In this document: in pieces, positions 1 through 11,148 of the stretch
How the letters are laid out: every line of letters starts with the position of its first letter
Position numbering within the stretch: position 1 is the first letter of the stretch
NCBI GenBank assembly: GCA_963817385.1
Contig: CAWFOM010000008.1
Coordinates: 96,001 to 160,000, forward strand
Direction of reading: 5' to 3'
Length of the DNA stretch: 64,000 nt
From: an uncultured delta proteobacterium
GTDB lineage: Bacteria; Desulfobacterota; Syntrophia; Syntrophales; UBA5619
The notes under the pieces: generated by a model
What the model was told of the DNA's origin: nothing
What the model saw: the letters and a program-made list of their open reading frames with translations, nothing else
Database searches by the model: none
Translations under genes and position numbers: made by a program

Positions 1-258
1 GCATCCAGGGGCTCGAAAGGGCCAAGACCGCAGAAAAAATTCTTTCATCGACGAAAGTTCTGCCGTTTCTGTACCGATTCTACTCTGAAGATCGAATACA
101 AAGACTCACAGACCCTCAGAGATTTCACGACGGAGAGAGGCAAGATCATGCCGCGGCGGATTACGGGAAATTGCGCAAAGCATCAACGGGAATTGACCGT
201 GGCCATCAAAAGGGCGCGCACGATCGCCCTGCTGCCCTTTGTCGTCTCCGAAGGATAA
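1..258 (+). CDS. rpsR: 30S ribosomal protein S18 (5'-truncated by window edge; not in ORF track)
   Basis: Frame 1 reads [86 protein letters not shown]18 motifs with Zn ligands (CxxC...CxxH); upstream of yybS-rplI-dnaB. Confidence 0.96.
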   Translation, partial: ASRGSKGPRPQKKFFHRRKFCRFCTDSTLKIEYKDSQTLRDFTTERGKIMPRRITGNCAKHQRELTVAIKRARTIALLPFVVSEG

Positions 259-483
259 ATCGACACCCCGACAGCCGCGGCATCGGTCATGCCTCCGTAA
301 CCGCTGCTGTCGAGTTTCCCCCGGAAGAGGAACCGGCTGCAGAATTTTCTCCTTTGCATATCCACTCAATGATCCGAGTCATCTCTTTTCGCAGAAGATC
401 TTTCCCGAATGGTGCAGTGGTCTTCCGAAAAGAGAAGAAAGTCCGGATAAGATCGGGGGGGATCCTCTTGAATGTAAGGGCAT

Positions 484-1470
484 ATGACGTGGCGGGTAGG
501 GCAATTGGGAAAAACGGGACTTGGTATTCATAGCGAAGTGATCCGGGGCAGTGCGGTCCTCTCCCTGACCCTTCTCATTGTGGCGCTGATCCCCTTCGTC
601 GGACCGGTCGTGATCATCATGACCCCCCTGCCGATCCTCTACTACTACTCCCGTCTCGGCAGGATGCGGGGATTGGCGGCCTTGGCTGTTGCCTTGCTCA
701 CTGTTTCCGGAATCCTCACGCTTCTGGGGCACCGTGCGAACATCTCCGTCCTGTTGATGATCGCCTTTACCGGCGTGATGATTTCGGAGGTTCTCAAAAG
801 GCGGTATTCCATCGAAAAGACCTTCATCCTTGCGTCGCTGGCATTGTTTTTTTGCGGAGTCGGGTTCGTGCTTTATACTGCGCTTCTCAGCGGCGTCGCA
901 CCCTGGCGGATGGTGGAGCTTACGATAGAAGGGATAATCGGTGAAAATCTCAAATTATACGAACAGCTCAATATCTCCGAGGATCAGATCGGGATGATCC
1001 GGGAGAATGCCCCGCAGATCATCGGTTTTTTTACCGGCATCTTTCCCGCGCTGGCCCTGTCAGGCGCCGTTCTGACCGTCTGGCTGAATGTCATGACCGG
1101 ACGTTCGCTCCTCGGGAGAAACACCGATCTGTTTCCCGATTTTGGTGATCTGTGCCTTTGGAAAGCGCCGGAAAAACTCGTCTGGCTGTTGATCGTCTCG
1201 GGGGCGATGACCCTTGCGCCCGCTGACATTCTCGATATCGTGGGATTGAACCTGCTTATCGTCTGCTGTCTGGTCTATCTTTTCCAGGGGATGGCAATCA
1301 CCGGGTTTTTTTTCAGGCAAAGGAAAGTTCCCCGCATGTTGCGGTGGTTGTTTTATACCCTCATCGTGGTGCAGCAATATATGGTAGTTCTTGTGATCGC
1401 CTTCGGTCTGTTCGATATCTGGATCGATTTCCGAAAAAGGATCGCAGGAATAAAAGACGTACCGGTATAA
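484..1470 (+). CDS. YybS/DUF2232 family multi-pass membrane protein (start may be slightly downstream)
   Basis: Many hydrophobic helices, C-terminal GLFDIWIDFRKR motif, conserved position between rpsR and rplI. Confidence 0.85.
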   Translation: MTWRVGQLGKTGLGIHSEVIRGSAVLSLTLLIVALIPFVGPVVIIMTPLPILYYYSRLGRMRGLAALAVALLTVSGILTLLGHRANISVLLMIAFTGVMISEVLKRRYSIEKTFILASLALFFCGVGFVLYTALLSGVAPWRMVELTIEGIIGENLKLYEQLNISEDQIGMIRENAPQIIGFFTGIFPALALSGAVLTVWLNVMTGRSLLGRNTDLFPDFGDLCLWKAPEKLVWLLIVSGAMTLAPADILDIVGLNLLIVCCLVYLFQGMAITGFFFRQRKVPRMLRWLFYTLIVVQQYMVVLVIAFGLFDIWIDFRKRIAGIKDVPV

Positions 1471-1518
1471 ATCTCGGATGGCGTCGATTACCGCCGCCAT
1501 CTCCCAAGGAGGAATGAC

Positions 1519-1965
1519 ATGAAGGTCATTTTACGGCAAAATGTTGAATCTCTCGGTAAGGCGGGAGAGACAATCAAGGTCGCGGACGGCTACGCACGGA
1601 ACTACCTGATTCCCAAGGAACTCGCCGCGGAAGCGAACACTCGGAATCTCAAAGTGTTCGAGCATGAAAAGAAGCGTATCCTGCAGCAGGCGGAGAAGAT
1701 TCAGAAGCAGGCCGAAGAGACGGCGGCGAAACTGGCCGGGGTGACCTGCACCATCGCCCGACGCGTCGGAGAGCAGGAAAAACTCTTCGGATCGGTGGGG
1801 GTGAAGGACATCGAGGAGGCGCTGGCCGCCCAGGGGATCGAGATCGACAAGAGGAACATCCTCCTGGATGAACCGATCAAGTCGCTCGGCGAATTTCCCG
1901 TCCGGATCAAACTGAGCGCCGGCGTGTCCGCCGAAATCAAGATCGCCGTCGTGGCCGAAGCGTGA
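1519..1965 (+). CDS. rplI: 50S ribosomal protein L9
   Basis: MKVIL...LGKAGETIKVADGYARNYLIPK, KLFGSV; SD AGGAGG. Confidence 0.97.
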   Translation: MKVILRQNVESLGKAGETIKVADGYARNYLIPKELAAEANTRNLKVFEHEKKRILQQAEKIQKQAEETAAKLAGVTCTIARRVGEQEKLFGSVGVKDIEEALAAQGIEIDKRNILLDEPIKSLGEFPVRIKLSAGVSAEIKIAVVAEA

Positions 1966-2017
1966 AGGATCTCACCCGCAGGGGAAGTTTTGCCGACCCG
2001 TTATGAGGGCATCAACC

Positions 2018-3373
2018 ATGAAGGAGATCGATGCCTCCCTGCATAAGGTGCCTCCCCAGAACATCGAGGCGGAACAGTCCGTTCTGGGGGGCATCCTGCT
2101 TGACAATCTTGCTCTGAACACGGTTCTGGAGCTGCTGGAGACGTCTGACTTCTACAGCGAAGCCCACCGGAAGATCTTTTCCTCGATCATCGACCTCTCC
2201 AATCGGAACGAACCGTGCGATCTGATAACGCTCAGCAACATCCTCAAGGATCAGAAGCGGATCGAACAGGTCGGGGGGACCGCCTATCTTGCCTCGCTGG
2301 TGGATAATGTCTCCTCAGCCGTCAATATCGGCTATTACGCAAAGATCATCAAGGAGAAAAGCATCCTGCGCCGCCTCATCGGCACGGCCACCGAAATCCT
2401 CAACAAGACGTACGACTCGAGCATGGACGTCGACAGCGTCCTCGATGAGGCTGAGCACGCCATCTTCGAGATCTCCGAGAACAAGATTCGGCCGTCCTTC
2501 TACCCGATGCGCGATATCATTAAGGACAGCTTCAAGACGATCGAACGGCTCTATGCCAATAAGGAGCTGGTCACGGGGGTTTCGACCGGATTCGACAAGA
2601 TCGACGACCTGACATCAGGTCTCCAGAGATCCGACTTGATCATCATCGCCGGACGACCGAGCATGGGGAAAACGGCCTTTGCCTTGAATATCGCCCAGCA
2701 TGCCGCCCTGGAGATGGGCGTTCCCGTGGCGGTCTTCTCCCTGGAAATGTCCAAGGAGCAGCTGGCGACCCGTATGCTGGCCGCGGAGGCCCGTGTCGAT
2801 TCGCAGCGCCTGCGCAAAGGATTCCTCGGGGAGACGGACTGGCCGAAACTCACGACGGCCGCGGGACGCCTCTCCGAGGCGCCGATCTATATCGACGACA
2901 CCCCCGCAATCACCGTCATCGAGATGAAAGCCAAATCCCGCCGCCTCAAGTCCGAGGCCGGCCTGGGGCTCATCGTCCTGGATTATCTCCAGCTTATGCG
3001 GGGAAGCGCTTACAAGGATTCGCGGGAGCAGGAGATTTCGGAAATCAGCCGTTCCCTCAAGGGACTCGCGAAGGAGCTCTCCGTCCCGGTGATCGCCCTG
3101 TCCCAGCTCAACCGAAAGGTGGAGGACAGAACCAGCCGCCGACCGCAGATGGCGGACCTGCGGGAATCGGGGGCCATCGAACAAGATGCGGACCTGATCG
3201 CCTTCATCTACCGGGACGAGGTCTACAACCGGTCGGACGACAACCCGGAAAAGGGGATCGCCGAGATCATCATCGGCAAGCAGAGAAACGGACCGACCGG
3301 TATCGTCAAGCTGGCGTTCCAGGAAAAATATACCCGTTTTGAGAACCTTGCCCGCGTCGATGACGGGCATTAG
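2018..3373 (+). CDS. dnaB: Replicative DNA helicase
   Basis: PPQNIEAEQSVLG, Walker A AGRPSMGKT, DYLQLM, LSQLNR, DLRESGAIEQDAD; no intein. Confidence 0.97.
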   Translation: MKEIDASLHKVPPQNIEAEQSVLGGILLDNLALNTVLELLETSDFYSEAHRKIFSSIIDLSNRNEPCDLITLSNILKDQKRIEQVGGTAYLASLVDNVSSAVNIGYYAKIIKEKSILRRLIGTATEILNKTYDSSMDVDSVLDEAEHAIFEISENKIRPSFYPMRDIIKDSFKTIERLYANKELVTGVSTGFDKIDDLTSGLQRSDLIIIAGRPSMGKTAFALNIAQHAALEMGVPVAVFSLEMSKEQLATRMLAAEARVDSQRLRKGFLGETDWPKLTTAAGRLSEAPIYIDDTPAITVIEMKAKSRRLKSEAGLGLIVLDYLQLMRGSAYKDSREQEISEISRSLKGLAKELSVPVIALSQLNRKVEDRTSRRPQMADLRESGAIEQDADLIAFIYRDEVYNRSDDNPEKGIAEIIIGKQRNGPTGIVKLAFQEKYTRFENLARVDDGH

Positions 3374-3388
3374 GCTTCATCCTCTGAT

Positions 3389-4282
3389 TCAGGCCTCGAT
3401 CAGTTTGGTCTCCCGGCCCAGATAAGGAATGGCAAGTCCCAGTTTTCGGAGGGCCTGTTTTTCGATCTGCCTGGCCCGTTCCCGGGTGATGTGATAGCGG
3501 TCGCCGATCGCCTGCAGGGTGAGGGGGACATCCGCCATCACGCGGTTCCTGATGATAAAGCTCTCCTTTTCGCTGAGCTTGGCAAGCGCCCCGGCGATGT
3601 TGTGCCGGACGAGCGTCATCTCCTCCTTCCTGATCAGGGCCGCCTCCTGATCCTCCCCTTCGTACATCAGGTAATCCATGTGCGTCGACTCACCGTCCGC
3701 GGTCACCTGGGCGTCGAGTGAAAGATCGCGGCCGCTCATCCGGATGTCCATCTCCTCGATCTCCTCCGGACGGACCCCGAGCGTTTCGGCGATTTCTCCG
3801 AATTCCGGACGCTTCTCGGAGAGATTCTCCAATCGCTTCTTGGCCTGACTGAGTTTGAAAAATAGTTTGCGCTGCGCCTGTGTCGTGCCGATTTTGACCA
3901 GGCTCCAGGATTTAATGATGTAATTCTGAATGTAGGCCCTGATCCACCAGACGGCGTACGAGATGAGGCGGTAACCCTTGTACGGATCAAACTTCTTCAC
4001 TGCATGCATGAGGCCGATGTTGCCCTCCTGGACGAGATCTGCAAGCTTGAGTCCGTAATTCCGATATTCATGGGCGATCTTGACGACGAAGCGCAGATTC
4101 GAGACGACCAGTTTTTCCGCCGCTTCCATATCATTGTACTTCACGAGTCTGACGGCAAGGCGAAACTCCTCGTCAGCCGTCAGAATGGGAAAGCGGCTGA
4201 TCTCGGTAATATAGAGATCGAGTGTCCCGGTTACCGCAGGAACTTCCAAAACTTCGTCCTCCTTATGGCCATGATGAATCAT
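3389..4282 (-). CDS. rpoH: RNA polymerase sigma-32 (heat-shock sigma factor); start uncertain (4282 or 4339)
   Basis: DLVQEGNIGLMHAVKKFDP, YAVWWIRAYI, RpoH box QRKLFFKL, region 4 TRERARQIE. Confidence 0.9.
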   Translation of the reverse strand: MIHHGHKEDEVLEVPAVTGTLDLYITEISRFPILTADEEFRLAVRLVKYNDMEAAEKLVVSNLRFVVKIAHEYRNYGLKLADLVQEGNIGLMHAVKKFDPYKGYRLISYAVWWIRAYIQNYIIKSWSLVKIGTTQAQRKLFFKLSQAKKRLENLSEKRPEFGEIAETLGVRPEEIEEMDIRMSGRDLSLDAQVTADGESTHMDYLMYEGEDQEAALIRKEEMTLVRHNIAGALAKLSEKESFIIRNRVMADVPLTLQAIGDRYHITRERARQIEKQALRKLGLAIPYLGRETKLIEA

Positions 4283-4349
4283 TATTTCATACAACGGATG
4301 ACTCCGGGCAGTCAATCTCTTTCCGCCCAGAGACCTCATGCAACCTCCC

Positions 4350-4378
4350 TTGACATCCCCTCCTGTGGTGTTTACTTT
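4350..4378 (+). promoter_or_regulatory. Putative sigma70 promoter for clpB
   Basis: TTGACA-N17-TACTTT about 46 bp upstream of the clpB ATG. Confidence 0.55.
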
Positions 4379-4424
4379 ACGATCTCATTAACGGTTAGTG
4401 CATATCAGAAGGAGGAGGACCTCT

Positions 4425-7010
4425 ATGAGATTCGATAAATTCACCTTGAAGGTTCAAGAGGCAATTCAGGAGGCGCAGGGGCTGGCAGCTCAGTACGGGC
4501 ACCAGGCCATTGATGGGGAGCATCTGCTTCTTTCACTTCTCAAACAGCCGGAGGGCATCATCTCCGAAATCATCAAAAAACTCGGCGCCGATCCCCGGCA
4601 TATCGAGAAGGAGGTACGAAAGGCCTTGGAGCGGCTTCCGAAAGTAGAGGGCGTAAGCGGCGGACAGGCCTATATGACACCAAGACTAAACAAGATCTTG
4701 GACGCAGCGCTCAGCGAGGCGGCACGGCTCACCGACGAATATGTCAGCGCGGAACACGTTCTTATCGCCATGGCCGATGAAAAGGACTCTGCGACGGCGA
4801 GGATTCTCAGCGCCGCGGGTGTCACAAAGGATGCGATCTTCAAAGTTCTTGTGGAAATCCGGGGGAATCAGCGGATAACCGATCCCAACCCGGAAGAGAA
4901 GTACCAGGCGTTGAAGCGATACGCCCGCGATTTTAACGAGCTTGCGAGAAACGGTTCCTTCGATCCCGTTATCGGTCGGGATGAGGAGATCAGAAGGATC
5001 ATGCAGGTCCTTTCCCGCCGGACAAAAAACAACCCCATCCTGATCGGTGAACCGGGCGTCGGGAAGACCGCGATCGTGGAAGGGCTGGCCCAGCGGATCG
5101 TCAACGGTGACGTGCCGGAGAATCTCAAAGACAAGCGGGTTATCGGTCTCGATATTGGCGCTCTCATCGCCGGGGCGAAGTACCGGGGTGAGTTTGAAGA
5201 GCGACTGAAGGCCGTTCTGAAGGAGGTCACCTCAGCACAGGGAGAGATCATTCTTTTTATCGACGAGATTCATACCGTGGTCGGCGCCGGCGCCGCAGAA
5301 GGTTCCATGGATGCCTCCAATATGCTCAAGCCAGCCCTGGCGAGAGGAGAACTCCGCTGCGTGGGCGCAACAACCCTGAACGAATACCGGAAACATATCG
5401 AAAAAGATCCGGCGCTTGAGCGGCGGTTCCAGCCAATCATGGTCCAGGAGCCCTCCGTTGAAGATACGATCGCGATTCTCAGGGGTCTGAAAGAACGCTA
5501 CGAAGTCCATCACGGTGTCCGGATCAAGGATGCGGCCATCATTGCCGCCGCAACCCTCTCCGACCGTTACATCAGCGACCGGTTCCTCCCGGACAAAGCG
5601 GTCGATCTCATCGATGAAGCCGCCTCCCGACTACGGATCGAACTGGACAGTATGCCCGCAGAGATCGATGCCCTTGAGCGCCGCGTCATCCAGCTCGAAA
5701 TTGAACGGCAGTCACTCAAGAAAGAAACGGACCGGACTTCTGTCGAGAGGCGCGAGAAGATCGAAAAAGAACTGGCTGAACTCCGCGCATCGATGGATGA
5801 GATGAAGCTTCACTGGGTAAACGAAAAGGACGCCATCAAGAGGATACAGGAGATCAAGGGCCGGATCGAGGCTTTCAAGGTTGATGAACACAATGCCCAG
5901 CGCGCCGGCGACCTGGCCAGGGCAGCGGAGATCCGCTACGGAAAGCTCGTCGAACTGAACAAGGACCTGGAGCAGGAAAACAATAAGCTTGCGGAGGTGC
6001 AGAAAGACCGGCAAATGCTCAAGGAAGAGGTTGATGCGGAGGATGTCGCGGGGGTCGTGGCAAACTGGACGGGTATCCCCGTTGCCCGCATGATGGAAAG
6101 CGATGTCCAGAAGCTGATCCACATGGAAGAGCGGCTTAAGCAGCGGGTCATCGGTCAGGACGAAGGGATCAGCGCCGTTTCCAGCGCGCTCAGGAGAGCC
6201 AGATCCGGCCTCCAGGACCCGAACCGCCCGATCGGCTCCTTCATCTTCATGGGGCCAACCGGGGTCGGCAAGACGGAGCTCGCCAAGGCGCTGGCCGAAT
6301 TCATGTTCGACAATGAACAGGCCCTGATCCGGATTGACATGTCGGAATTCATGGAAAAGCACTCGGTGGCCCGGCTGATCGGCGCCCCGCCGGGGTATGT
6401 GGGTTATGACGAAGGCGGGCATCTCACGGAGGCGGTACGGAGAAGACCCTATTCGGTCCTCTTGTTCGACGAGATCGAGAAAGCCCATCCGGATGTCTTC
6501 AATATCCTCCTGCAAATCCTGGATGACGGCCGTCTCACCGACGGTCATGGCCGAACGGTGGACTTCAAGAACACCATCACGGTGATGACCTCCAACATCG
6601 GCGGCCAACTGCTCCAGGATCCTTCTCTCGGGGATGAGGAAAAGAGGACCCGGACAATGGATATCCTCCGTGCAACCTTCAAACCGGAGTTCCTCAACAG
6701 GATTGATGACATCATTATCTTCCACTCACTCAAGATGGAGGACATCGAGCGGATCATCGATATCCAGCTCGGGCTTATCGGGAGGCGGCTTGAGGAACGG
6801 AAACTGACCTTGGAATTGACAGAAAGGGCCAAAAAATATATAGCTCAAGAAGGGTTCAGCCCGGTTTACGGCGCCAGACCGCTCAAGCGGGTACTTCAGA
6901 AACAGATTCTGGACAATCTCGCCATGAACATCCTGGAAGGGGATTTCGTCGAGGGCGATCATATCGTGATCGACCATAAAAACGACCGGGTGGTTTTCCG
7001 TAAACGCTGA
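4425..7010 (+). CDS. clpB: ATP-dependent chaperone ClpB
   Basis: Two AAA+ modules ([16 protein letters not shown]), long coiled-coil M domain, [17 protein letters not shown]. Confidence 0.97.
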   Translation: MRFDKFTLKVQEAIQEAQGLAAQYGHQAIDGEHLLLSLLKQPEGIISEIIKKLGADPRHIEKEVRKALERLPKVEGVSGGQAYMTPRLNKILDAALSEAARLTDEYVSAEHVLIAMADEKDSATARILSAAGVTKDAIFKVLVEIRGNQRITDPNPEEKYQALKRYARDFNELARNGSFDPVIGRDEEIRRIMQVLSRRTKNNPILIGEPGVGKTAIVEGLAQRIVNGDVPENLKDKRVIGLDIGALIAGAKYRGEFEERLKAVLKEVTSAQGEIILFIDEIHTVVGAGAAEGSMDASNMLKPALARGELRCVGATTLNEYRKHIEKDPALERRFQPIMVQEPSVEDTIAILRGLKERYEVHHGVRIKDAAIIAAATLSDRYISDRFLPDKAVDLIDEAASRLRIELDSMPAEIDALERRVIQLEIERQSLKKETDRTSVERREKIEKELAELRASMDEMKLHWVNEKDAIKRIQEIKGRIEAFKVDEHNAQRAGDLARAAEIRYGKLVELNKDLEQENNKLAEVQKDRQMLKEEVDAEDVAGVVANWTGIPVARMMESDVQKLIHMEERLKQRVIGQDEGISAVSSALRRARSGLQDPNRPIGSFIFMGPTGVGKTELAKALAEFMFDNEQALIRIDMSEFMEKHSVARLIGAPPGYVGYDEGGHLTEAVRRRPYSVLLFDEIEKAHPDVFNILLQILDDGRLTDGHGRTVDFKNTITVMTSNIGGQLLQDPSLGDEEKRTRTMDILRATFKPEFLNRIDDIIIFHSLKMEDIERIIDIQLGLIGRRLEERKLTLELTERAKKYIAQEGFSPVYGARPLKRVLQKQILDNLAMNILEGDFVEGDHIVIDHKNDRVVFRKR

Positions 7011-7020
7011 TACAAGGATA

Positions 7021-7067
7021 TATCCACTCTTCCGGCGGAGGCGACGCCTCCGCCGGAAGGGCGGATA
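7021..7067. repeat. Long GC-rich inverted repeat between clpB and htpX
   Basis: CTTCCGGCGGAGGC-GAC-GCCTCCGCCGGAAG, extended by TATCC/GGATA; no U-tract. Confidence 0.7.
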
Positions 7068-7099
7068 CCGAGTAGAACATTATTTCAGGGAGGAAACAG

Positions 7100-7951
7100 A
7101 TGAACACAATCAAAACCGGACTTCTCCTGGGCGCCCTGACAGGGCTCCTCATGCTGATCGGCGGTCTCTTCGGCGGTCAGAACGGGGTCGTCATCGCCTT
7201 CATCTTCGCCATGGTGCTGAATTTCGGCAGCTACTGGTTCTCCGACAAACTGGTCCTGAGCATGTATCATGCCCAGCCGGTCTCGGAGAGCGAGGCGCCG
7301 GATCTCTTTGCCACGGTGAAGAATCTCGCGATGAAGGCTTCCCTGCCCATGCCGCGGGTGTATATCATTCCGGGCGACACGCCGAACGCCTTCGCCACGG
7401 GACGCGACGAACATCATGCGGTCGTGGCCGTCACGGAGGGTATCCTGAGGATCCTCTCCCGGGACGAACTCGAAGGGGTCATCGCCCATGAGCTGACCCA
7501 CATCAAACAACGGGACATCCTCATCGGCTCCATCGCCGCGACGCTGGCCGGGGCCATCGTCATGCTGGCCAATATGGCCCAGTGGGCCGCCATGTTCGGC
7601 GGGGCGAGCCGTGACGACGAAGAGGGAGGGGGCGGCGGCATCATCGGTCTGATCGTCATGGCCATCCTCGCCCCGATCGCCGCCACGATCATCCAGATGG
7701 CAATCTCCCGCTCGCGCGAATACCTTGCCGATGCCGGCGGTGCGACGATTTCGGGAAAACCCGCCGGACTCGCAAATGCCCTGGATAAAATCTCCCGGGC
7801 GTCCCAGGCAATCCCCTTGGAGGCGAACCCATCAACCGCCCATATGTTTATCGTCAACCCCCTGACGGGGCGCTCTCTTATGAACCTCTTCAGCACCCAC
7901 CCGCCTGTTGAGGAGCGGATCGCCCGTCTGAGAAGCATGAGGCGTATGTAA
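7100..7951 (+). CDS. htpX: Zinc metalloprotease HtpX
   Basis: PNAFATG, HELTH (HExxH), [16 protein letters not shown]. Confidence 0.95.
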   Translation: MNTIKTGLLLGALTGLLMLIGGLFGGQNGVVIAFIFAMVLNFGSYWFSDKLVLSMYHAQPVSESEAPDLFATVKNLAMKASLPMPRVYIIPGDTPNAFATGRDEHHAVVAVTEGILRILSRDELEGVIAHELTHIKQRDILIGSIAATLAGAIVMLANMAQWAAMFGGASRDDEEGGGGGIIGLIVMAILAPIAATIIQMAISRSREYLADAGGATISGKPAGLANALDKISRASQAIPLEANPSTAHMFIVNPLTGRSLMNLFSTHPPVEERIARLRSMRRM

Positions 7952-8038
7952 CTGCGGCGAGAGCTTCAATTCCCGCCGTCGTCCTCCCCTGTCCGCGGGG
8001 GAAAACGGCGGTTATCCGGCACGAGAGGAGGAGGTTCC

Positions 8039-8470
8039 ATGGAAGAAGAAAAGAAGGAAAAGGGGTTCGTCATCAAGGACCGTCGTCTTTTCGACGAATC
8101 CGGATCCGTCCGCAAGGAAGAAGCACAAAAGGAAGAGGAGAAGAAACCGGAAGCAGCTGTGCATGAGGCCGAGACCGCAGCGAAAGAGGCGGCCGCATCC
8201 GAAGCGGACGATGCCCCCCTTCCCGAGATCAACTTCGCCAGTTTCCTCTTTTCACTCAGCACGACCGCCATGTACCACTTCGGGGATTTTCCCGATCCCG
8301 TCACCAAGGAGAGCAGGCGCAATCTGCCCGCGGCAAAGCAGACCATCGACATCCTCAGCATCCTGAAGACGAAAACGGAGGGCAACCTCGCCGATGACGA
8401 AAAACAACTGCTGGAAGGCATCCTCTATGAGCTCCGGATGCGGTTCGTCAAGGAAATGACGAAAAAATGA
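8039..8470 (+). CDS. DUF1844 family protein
   Basis: AKQTIDILSILKTKTEGNL...LYELRMRFV motif; SD GGAGG. Confidence 0.8.
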   Translation: MEEEKKEKGFVIKDRRLFDESGSVRKEEAQKEEEKKPEAAVHEAETAAKEAAASEADDAPLPEINFASFLFSLSTTAMYHFGDFPDPVTKESRRNLPAAKQTIDILSILKTKTEGNLADDEKQLLEGILYELRMRFVKEMTKK

Positions 8471-9302
8471 TTTCGAAGGCGTCGCCGGCCAAGGTGAATC
8501 TCAATTTGCGCGTTCTCCGCAAGAGAGAGGACGGCTATCACGACATACTCTCCCTCATGCAGAGGATCAGTCTCTGCGATGAGATGACCTTCTCGCCGCG
8601 AGCGGATCGCATCGTCGTACGCTGTCCTGACAGCGCGCTTCCGGAGGATGAGGGAAACATCGTTTACCGCGCGGCGGAGGCTTTTCACGCACGGACGGGC
8701 GTCTTGCCGGGTATCGAAATCACCGTCCGGAAACGGATCCCCATCGCCGCCGGATTGGGAGGAGGAAGTTCCAACGCGGCCACAACCCTGATGACCTTGA
8801 ACGAGATGGCTGGCACCCCGCTCACCCGGGAGGAATTGATGAGGATGGGGGCCGATCTGGGGGCCGATGTCCCCTTTTTTATTTTCGGAAATGCCGCCTG
8901 GGCCTCCGGCATCGGCGATCGCCTCATCGAAGCCCCTTCTCTCCCCCCCTCTGGCTTGTTCTGATCAATCCCGGCTTTGCAGTCTCCACAGAAATGGTTT
9001 ATCGCGAGCTCAATTTAGGATTGACAAACGTATCATTTAATTATAGCATCCCACGATTTTATACATTCACCGATGTGATCGAGGGCCTCACAAACGATCT
9101 GGAGAACGTTACGCTGAGGCATCATCCTGTTCTGGGTCACTTCAAGACCCTTTTGCTCGAGAACGGCGCCCGCGGCGCCCTGATGTCGGGTAGCGGACCT
9201 ACCGTTTTCGGTATCTTCGCCGATGAGGAATCCGCTCTCCTGGCAGAGAATAATCTGAGGCAAGGCAACCGGTGGTCGGTGTATGGGGCGCACTCCCTGT
9301 AA
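8467..9302 (+). CDS. ispE: 4-diphosphocytidyl-2-C-methyl-D-erythritol kinase; frameshift in the C7 run at 8943-8949 (likely sequencing error)
   Basis: PAKVNLNL, IPIAAGLGGGSSNAA, GADVPFF in frame 1; NDLE and LMSGSGPTVFG in the next frame; one added C restores PPLWLVLINPGFAVST. Confidence 0.92.
9021..9049 (+). promoter_or_regulatory. Internal sigma70 promoter within ispE, probably for tRNA-Gln/prs/rplY/pth
   Basis: TTGACA-N17-TAGCAT in an AT-rich patch inside a GC-rich CDS. Confidence 0.6.
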
Positions 9303-9370
9303 AGAAAACCGATCTCGGCCTTCGGCCCTATGTATGGAAGTCGGATTCAGTCTGCCGTATGAATCGGAAC

Positions 9371-9445
9371 TGGGGCGTCGTCAAGCGGTAAGACACAGGA
9401 ATTTGGATCCTGCATTCGGAGGTTCGAATCCTCCCGCCCCAGCCA
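9371..9445 (+). tRNA. tRNA-Gln (UUG)
   Basis: TGGGGCG acceptor stem, D-arm GTC/GAC, anticodon stem CAGGA/TCCTG with loop ATTTGGA, GGTTCGAATCC, encoded CCA; conserved ispE-tRNA-Gln-prs synteny. Confidence 0.96.
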
Positions 9446-9473
9446 ATTGTTATGAGAACGTAAAGGAACGCTG

Positions 9474-10418
9474 ATGCTCGAAAAAATGAGAGTGTTTTCC
9501 GGAAATGCCAATACGGCACTTGCCCAAAAGATCGGAGAGAACCTTGGCGTTTCCCTCGGGAAGGCCCATGTCACCGCCTTCAGCGACGGTGAGACCCGAG
9601 TGGAAATCAACGAAAACGTCCGGGGAATGGATGTGTTTATCATTCAGCCCACCTGCCCGCCGGTCAATATCACCCTGATGGAGCTTCTCATCATGATCGA
9701 CGCCGTACGCAGGGCATCTGCGGACCGGATCACGGCCGTCATTCCCTATTACGGTTATGCCCGGCAGGACAGGAAGGTGGCGCCGCGGGCGCCGATCACC
9801 GCCAAGCTCGTCGCCGATCTGATCACCAAGGCGGGGGCCAACCGCGTCCTGGCGTTGGATCTGCACGCCGGCCAGATTCAGGGATTCTTCAACATCCCGG
9901 TGGATAATCTCTTCGCCACCCCGGTTCTTCTCGACTACATCAAAAAAAACTATCATGGCGACAACATCGTGGTCGTTTCACCGGATACCGGCGGCGTAGA
10001 GCGGGCACGGGCCTTCGGCAAGAGGCTCGGCGCCAGTCTGGCAATAATCGACAAGCGCAGAGAGGGGCCGAACGAGGCACAGATCATGAACATCATCGGC
10101 CATGTCAAGGGCATGAAGGTCATCGTGCTGGATGACATGATCGACACGGCCGGAACGGTCGTCCAGGCGGCGAAAGCGCTGAAGGAGGAAGGGGCCATTG
10201 AGGTCGCCGTCTGCTGCACCCATCCCGTCCTTTCCGGACCGGCCATGGAAAGAATCGAACACTCGGAGCTCAAAGAGGTCATCGTGACGGATACCATTCC
10301 CCTGCATGAACAGGCCAAGGCATGCAACCGCATCAAGGTTCTCTCCGTCTCGGGTCTCCTCAGCGAGGCTGTTAGAAGGATCTATTATAACGATTCAGTC
10401 AGTTCATTATTCATTTAG
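9474..10418 (+). CDS. prs: Ribose-phosphate pyrophosphokinase
   Basis: [38 protein letters not shown]. Confidence 0.97.
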   Translation: MLEKMRVFSGNANTALAQKIGENLGVSLGKAHVTAFSDGETRVEINENVRGMDVFIIQPTCPPVNITLMELLIMIDAVRRASADRITAVIPYYGYARQDRKVAPRAPITAKLVADLITKAGANRVLALDLHAGQIQGFFNIPVDNLFATPVLLDYIKKNYHGDNIVVVSPDTGGVERARAFGKRLGASLAIIDKRREGPNEAQIMNIIGHVKGMKVIVLDDMIDTAGTVVQAAKALKEEGAIEVAVCCTHPVLSGPAMERIEHSELKEVIVTDTIPLHEQAKACNRIKVLSVSGLLSEAVRRIYYNDSVSSLFI

Positions 10419-10428
10419 GAGGAATCAC

Positions 10429-11079
10429 ATGGAGGCGACAGAATTAAAGGCCTGTATACGCAATGAATCCGGCAAGGGACCGGCGAGACGTTTTCGGGAA
10501 AAGGGGTTGATCCCCGCCGTATTTTACGGCCGCGGCCAGGATGCCATTCACCTGTCGGTAAATGCGGCTGATCTGCTGAAGATCATTAAGGACAAGAAGA
10601 AAAACATCTTTATCAACCTCATCATTGAAGGGGAGCAACAGATGGAAAAACTCTCCCTGATGAAGGAACTGCAGATAGAACCGGTCAGCAGAAGGTTCTA
10701 TCATGCCGATTTTTATGAAATCCGCATGGACCATAAACTGACGATCGATATTCCTCTGCGCTTCGTCGGCATCCCCGTAGGCGTCCAGAACGGTGGGGAA
10801 CTCCAGCATCTCAAACGGGATCTGAAGGTCACCTGTCTGCCCTCGGACTTGCCCGAATATATCGATCTTGATGTGAGCGGCCTGGATATCGGGAATTCGA
10901 TCAAGGTTCAGGATATCAAGGTTCCCGATAGTATGGAGGTGCTCGATCCGGGCGATGTCGGCGTGGCCATGGTCGCCGTCGTGAAGGTCTCCGTACCGCA
11001 GGCGGAAGTTGCGGCAGAGGAAGCCGCTGCGCCGGCCGAAGGCGAGGAGGAGGCCCCGAAGGAGGAAACCAAAGGTTGA
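10429..11079 (+). CDS. rplY: 50S ribosomal protein L25 / general stress protein Ctc
   Basis: GKGPARRFR, IPAVFYG, HADFY, Ctc C-terminal domain; SD AGGAGG. Confidence 0.95.
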   Translation: MEATELKACIRNESGKGPARRFREKGLIPAVFYGRGQDAIHLSVNAADLLKIIKDKKKNIFINLIIEGEQQMEKLSLMKELQIEPVSRRFYHADFYEIRMDHKLTIDIPLRFVGIPVGVQNGGELQHLKRDLKVTCLPSDLPEYIDLDVSGLDIGNSIKVQDIKVPDSMEVLDPGDVGVAMVAVVKVSVPQAEVAAEEAAAPAEGEEEAPKEETKG

Positions 11080-11148
11080 CCATGCCTCTGATCGCCGGTA
11101 TGCGGGAGTTGATCAACTCAACACTGACGGCCTTTGGAGGGGTTTCGG

